NCBI GenBank assembly: GCA_003971905.1 | Contig: RSEE01000097.1 | Coordinates: 186,001-235,525 of the forward strand | Length of the DNA: 49,525 nucleotides | Reading direction: 5' to 3' | DNA from: Moniliella sp. 'wahieum' | Lineage: Eukaryota | In this document: positions 46,731 to 49,525 of the stretch, in pieces | Numbering within the stretch: the stretch's first letter is position 1 | Layout: the number at the start of each line of letters is the position of its first letter | Notes under the pieces: generated by a model | Told to the model about the DNA's origin: nothing | Databases searched by the model: none | The model's input: the letters and a program-made list of their open reading frames with translations, nothing else | Program-made: the position numbers and the translations under genes

Positions 46731-47899
46731 GGTGGTGGCTGGGGTAGCAGGACGCGGGGACTGCGTCTTATAGGATGGGCGAGCGGGCGGGGGGGGGGGA
46801 TGCGCTGGCGCGTGAAACGAACTGGCTGGGGCGACGGACGATGCGAGGCACGGGAGGCAGCAGAGCGGCGTCTGGTGGGGCGAGATGCGAGCAGGGTGGC
46901 GGGTGTTCACTGAAGGGTGATGCGGACGAGCAACTGCGTGTTGAAAGTTGAAAGAGCGTGTGCGCTGCAGCCGGCCGCAGCCCAGCCTGTGCGCTGCCGT
47001 GCGTGGCTTGCGTCGCCGTCTGCAGCGACTGCGTGAAAGAGGAGCTTGAACGTTCAAAATGCCATATTCACGATCCAAGCGTGTGACGCGTATCGAACCG
47101 TGTGGAAGCACCAGCGCAGCTGGGACATTGATCGGGCGTTGCACGTGCAGATGACGTCATGTACGATGCATGTGACGTGTGATGCATGAGGCATGATGCC
47201 AGACATACACCGTGCCCACCAACCGCGGGTGCTTGGTCCCATTCACATGTCACACTAATTGTGCGGAGACGCACGAGTCAGTGGGTCATGGAGGGCAACT
47301 GCCAGGGGGGAGATGGGGTGGTGTGGGGGTGGGGATGACAGGGTGCTTAGTGGGACGGAGATGCCATCCCCGGCCATGTGGAGCTGGGCTGGGGGCACGG
47401 TCATTGCACCGAACCTGGGCGATGGAGGGTACCCGTCGCAGGGTGGATGTTTTTCTTGTTCTGTTTTTGCGCTAACTCGCGCCCTCCATCGCCTGCAATC
47501 GGCAGCCTTACTACTCTCTCACACGCGACGGTCCCCACGTCGAGCCCTCCCAGGCTACACGAATGACTGGGCGGGGCTGAACGAACGCCAAAGATGACAA
47601 GAGGGAGGTAGCTGATGCGACGATCCGAGCACCCCACCTGGCCTTGGGGCGACGACAATGATGGAGTGACCATCGATGCGCCTCATCGATTATCCAGATG
47701 CCTTCTTGAATTGCTGATGGTGAAATGCTCCGACAGAACTCCGCTATCGAGGAGCAATGCGCCTACAGGCGCTTTTATGGTCCCTGGGCCCCCGGCCTCT
47801 CTCCCCTGTCTCGCCGCATGCGTCCCGCCAGGCTCAACCAAGTCAACCTTCAACGCTGCCACCATGCTGGGCAGGACACCAGAGTGAGAATCTGCCCCC

Positions 47900-48660
47900 C
47901 GCTGTACAGTCGAGGCAGCCACGCAGGCGCGAGCCGGAGCGGCGTACCAATCGTCGTGGGGGTGCTGGCTCCAGTTCTGGCTTTGGCATATGCCGCCAAG
48001 GCAACGCTACAGCATTGTAATAGCCAATCTTTCCCTGTCCGTTCCACTATCCCCGTCGCCGCCCACCGCCACACCACACCACACCCACCACGCCCACAGC
48101 TCCATTCATCTCCTCCCTCGTCTTGTCCCTGTCATTCCACTCACCACCATCTCATATGGACCCCGCGTTTCCCGGCGAGGTGGAACCGTCTGCCCACCGA
48201 CGCCTGCGCTCGTCGTGCCCTCCGGTCTTTCTAACGCCCTCTCCACCTTCCAGCTGTACTGAATCCATCGGGACAGGGTGCTGGCGTACTTGTTGCCGAG
48301 CTGGCAGGATCGACACCAACTGCTGATCATTGATCAGAACCTGTCGCAGACTTCTAGCACTCAGATCTACCGGCTTCCTCTGCGCCTCCGAAGCCGGAGA
48401 CCAGCCTAGCGATTGGATTGGACGACGCCCGCCTGTTATGTGGCCTGCCCCAGTTCAGACAGGCCTTCGTATATGGTACTGGCCAGAGCAGGCTGACAGG
48501 TCCCCTCCCCCAAGGCACGATGGAGACCCTCGTCTTGGGGCACCATGCTGCTCGCAAAGTATATTTTCTTTTCTCTCCTCCACCGCTGGCCATCGAGAGT
48601 AGAGGCACAAGAGCGCGGTGCTCCATCTTGGCCTGTCGCAATTCATCCTGCAACTTTTTC
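47900..48660 (+). mobile_element. Highly decayed Ty3/gypsy pol remnant
   Basis: LVVPSGLSNALSTFQLY (about 48205-48259, cf. VMPFGLSNAPSTFQ), followed by RDRVLAYL, LRSTGFLCASE and MWPAP in RT-like order. Confidence 0.45.
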
Positions 48661-48685
48661 TTTCCACCCGGGACGAAAAGTCGGG

Positions 48686-49500
48686 TTAAGGAGGAGAAGA
48701 AAAAGCCAAGACTCTCTTGAGGTCGTCGAAGGCGCTTTGGCCGGAGACTTCTAAGCAAACCGCTGAAGAGTCTTGCAGGTGAGGTCGGATAGGGATGGGA
48801 AATGCGGGCATATTAGGAGCAACTGAAGTGGCGGTAGTAACTGGCAAACGCAGGAACACCTGAACTTGGCTGCTGGTCTTGAGCGTCGGCCATGCCTTGA
48901 TCGCTTCCATCTTAGCCGGATCCATCCCAATCCCCGTGGACGAAACTACGTAGCCCAAATACTTTATCCGGGATGTGTAGAACCGACATTTGTCCGGATT
49001 AAGGTAGAGCCTGGCGCGCTGCAGATCCCACAACACCTCAGCATCATGCTCCTCGTGTGCCTTTTCGTCCGACGAGAAGACCAAGATACCGTCCAGATAT
49101 GCCAGCACCGAGACGTCGAGGAGGTTCCGAAGGAGATCATTCATTACGGCTTGGAAAGTGGCGGACGCGTTACAGAGACCGAACGGCATGACGAGGGATT
49201 CAAAATGACCTTACCTGGGTACCAAAAGCCGTCTCGTACTCATCGCCCTCCTTGGCCGTCAAAAGGTTGTGCGCCCCACGGAGGTCAAGCTTGGTAAAAC
49301 GCGAGTCCCGACAAGCGATCGAGCCAGTCGTTAATCAAGGGGAGGCCATACGATTCTTGATGGTAATTTTGAGTTGAGGGCACGACGATAGTCTACACAA
49401 AGTCGGAGCGAGCCATCCTGCTTCTTAATAAAAGGGACACCCGCCCCAAATGGCCATTTAGACGAGGCCATTTCGTCAATGCCTCAGCCCAGGACACCCA
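48686..49500 (-). mobile_element. Ty3/gypsy LTR-retrotransposon reverse transcriptase fragment (inactive)
   Basis: FIKKQDGSLRLCVDYR, MPFGLCNASATFQAVMN, VLAYLDGILVFS (YxDD changed to YLDG), NPDKCRF..IKYLGYVV..MDPAKMEAIKAWP. Frameshifts present. Confidence 0.92.
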
Positions 49501-49509
49501 TCTCAGGAG

Positions 49510-49525
49510 TTAGGGTTAGGGTTAG
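49510..49525 (+). repeat. Telomeric repeat (TTAGGG)n
   Basis: TTAGGG TTAGGG TTAG at the extreme 3' end, with the G-rich strand pointing outward. Confidence 0.8.

Noticed and set aside
1..49506. TGAGAT at the start versus ATCTCA near the end as terminal inverted repeats of a linear element
   Set aside because: Only 6 bp match, and the contents are ordinary chromosomal genes.

Overview
A GC-rich, intron-poor eukaryotic window that looks like a basidiomycete fungus, probably Ustilaginomycotina. This is inferred from short GT..CTRAC..YAG introns, a TTAGGG telomere, a Fox1-type forkhead domain and a VMA3 with no coding introns. The window appears to be a chromosome end: the last 16 nt are (TTAGGG)n joined directly to a truncated Ty3/gypsy reverse transcriptase. 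Most genes carry single-base indels, often in homopolymers, which are most likely uncorrected sequencing errors, so gene ends are approximate. Recognisable genes are a mitochondrial FabD/MCT1-fold protein, two Pil1/Lsp1-type BAR proteins, USO1, a forkhead transcription factor, an acidic repeat protein, a WD40 protein, VMA3, ENP1 head-to-head with RMT3/PRMT3, a Yrb2-like RanBD protein, TSC1 and a fatty acid hydroxylase/sterol desaturase. A lower-GC island at about 14.4-21.9 kb holds a degraded CACTA/EnSpm-related (CMC) transposase, a C2HC zinc-finger gene and other orphan ORFs. The most striking observation is the FabD-fold protein: it has lost the catalytic Ser and His and the substrate-binding Arg, and has gained a long N-terminal extension, which makes it a candidate mitochondrial pseudoenzyme. 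All family assignments come from motif recognition by eye, not database searches.
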